This document shows positions 46,404-47,690 of a stretch of 47,690 nt of DNA, piece after piece. Location: NCBI GenBank assembly GCA_964398315.1, contig CAYNMV010000029.1, positions 1 through 47,690 of the forward strand, written 5' to 3'. This DNA comes from an uncultured Tepidisphaeraceae bacterium. Lineage in GTDB: Bacteria; Planctomycetota; Phycisphaerae; Tepidisphaerales; Tepidisphaeraceae. The notes under the pieces were generated by a model. It made no database searches. It was not told the DNA's origin and worked only from the letters and a program-made list of their open reading frames with translations. Position 1 is the first letter of the stretch. Each line of letters starts with the position of its first letter. Made by a program: the position numbers and the translations under genes.

Positions 46404-46605
46404 AGAGTACCCTCGGGCGGAAGCCTGTTGCCCCTTCACTGGTGTATCGGACGGCGGCGGAAAGTGGCTGAAATGTTTACCGGCAATCGCCGGATGAGAA
46501 ACGCCCGCCCCTGTGCCCGGGGCACAAACAAGAGGCTTCGACCAGCATCTGCATCGACAAATAGATCAGCCCGCCTTCTTACCTGCGGTCGGCCATCTGG
46601 GCTCA

Positions 46606-47613
46606 TCACGCGCCGGCGCCGGACGTGAGCGCCTGCACCATGGCCTGCGTGACCGTGGCGTAGGCGGCATCGAGCGGGGCATCGACCTTGCACCCGGCCG
46701 CGCGGGCATGACCACCGCCGCCGAAACGCTCGGCGAAGCGGGCGACATCGATCTTTCCCTTGCTGCGCAGGCTGATGCGCACCGGCCCACCCTCCGGCGG
46801 CTCGGTGAACAATACCGACACCTCAACCGACCCGATCACCAGCGGGGCATTGATGGCATTTTCCGTATCCGCCACCGTGGCACCCGTCTCGGCAAAATCC
46901 TGGCGACGCAGGCGCAGGGTGGCGAGCTTTCCATCGGCCAGCAATTGCAGGGAATTGCTCGCCCGGGCATGCAGGGCGAAGCGCTCCGCGCTTTCGCTGT
47001 GATAGAGCCGCTGATAGAGCGGATCGGTCTGCACCCCCGCCTCGATCAGGTCGGCGGCCTTGCGCAGGGTATTGGGGCGGGTATTGGAGAAATGAAACCA
47101 CCCGGTATCAGTCACGATCGCCAGGTAGAGTGCCGCGGCGATGCGGGGATCGAGCGCAACACCCCAGCGCTCGAGCAGTTCGGTGGCGATCTCCCCCGCC
47201 GCCGCCGCCTCGGTGTCCACCAGCTTGAGCGTGGCCCAGTCTTCCTGTGTCAGGTGATGATCCAGCACATACTTGGGCCTGGGCCAGGCAAGGATGCGCT
47301 CTTGCAACCCGGGCAGTTGCGACCAGGTGCCGGTATCCACCACCAGCAGCGCATCGAAGCGGTCCAGATCCAGCCCCGCCGGCCAGCCTGCCTCTGCCTC
47401 ATGGAATGGGATCGCGTTGTCATGGAACACGAAGGCGTACTTGGTGGGCAACGCACTCAGCAGCAGCACTTCGGCGGCGATCCCCCTGGCCCCCATCCCC
47501 ATTACCATGGCCGCCGCCGTGCCCAGGGCATCGCCATCGGGGCGGACGTGGGTGGTCACCAGCACGTTTTTGCAACGCGACAAGGCCCCGATCAGCTCAT
47601 CGTACTTCTGGCT
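46606..47613 (-). CDS. nrnA: DHH-family phosphoesterase NrnA-like (oligoribonuclease / pAp phosphatase)
   Basis: VLVTTHVRPDGDALGT (DHH motif I/II), VLDHH (DHH motif) and the DHHA1 motif GGGHARAAG. Confidence 0.8.
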   Translation of the reverse strand, partial: SQKYDELIGALSRCKNVLVTTHVRPDGDALGTAAAMVMGMGARGIAAEVLLLSALPTKYAFVFHDNAIPFHEAEAGWPAGLDLDRFDALLVVDTGTWSQLPGLQERILAWPRPKYVLDHHLTQEDWATLKLVDTEAAAAGEIATELLERWGVALDPRIAAALYLAIVTDTGWFHFSNTRPNTLRKAADLIEAGVQTDPLYQRLYHSESAERFALHARASNSLQLLADGKLATLRLRRQDFAETGATVADTENAINAPLVIGSVEVSVLFTEPPEGGPVRISLRSKGKIDVARFAERFGGGGHARAAGCKVDAPLDAAYATVTQAMVQALTSGAGA

Positions 47614-47690
47614 CATGCTGCGGCATGATAGCCCCACCGCCGCCGGCATGCGACCGCAGGCGGCTGAGAGGTGTCGGCCGGAGCTGTCAC

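Noticed and set aside
1-47690. Search for CRISPR arrays, rRNA/tRNA genes, integrases/transposases or prophage signatures
   Set aside because: No regularly spaced direct repeats with unique spacers, no rRNA-like or cloverleaf sequences, and no recombinase or transposase-like ORFs were seen. Nothing to report.

Overview
This is a high-GC (about 65-68%) bacterial chromosomal segment that is densely coding on both strands. The sequence-composition bias generates many long spurious antisense ORFs, so gene calls were made by recognisable domain content rather than ORF length. Several traits together hint at a Planctomycetota/PVC-like organism, but this is not established: PEP-CTERM sorting signals, PilM with a fused PilN-like tail, radical-SAM methylthiotransferases carrying low-complexity insertions, weak or absent Shine-Dalgarno sites, and GTG/TTG start codons. 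Most of the window is housekeeping or envelope genes (SppA, RimO, Ndk, Dtd, MtaB, MurB, RNase D, NrnA, a futalosine-pathway radical SAM enzyme, a class V aminotransferase, a purine permease, flotillin, a GH16 hydrolase) plus a type IV pilus assembly cluster. The outstanding region is the first ~4.5 kb. It is a co-directional, tightly spaced (partly translationally coupled) operon. It encodes the C-terminal end of a putative E1-like protein, a JAB/MPN(JAMM) metalloprotease, a polytopic membrane protein with a C-terminal FHA domain, a membrane-anchored protein with an N-terminal FHA domain followed by a RING/PHD-like cysteine-rich zinc module, and a UBC-fold E2-like enzyme with an HPN-Cys active-site signature and an N-terminal zinc ribbon. 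Together these amount to a ubiquitin-like conjugation cascade (E1, E2, an E3-like FHA-RING protein, a deubiquitinase-like JAB) wired to phospho-threonine recognition (FHA) at the membrane. I am not aware of this architecture being described; the presumed Ubl gene (and the start of the E1) would lie upstream of the window. Non-coding observations: two copies of a 16-22 bp CACGTG-centred palindrome spaced 84 bp apart immediately upstream of a small NaK-like ion-channel gene; a family of related extragenic elements (GTGGCACGG / AACCCGTGC arms, one with a 5 x 17-nt tandem array) in three convergent intergenic regions; and a textbook intrinsic terminator after the pilus cluster. No CRISPR arrays, rRNA/tRNA genes or mobile elements were found.
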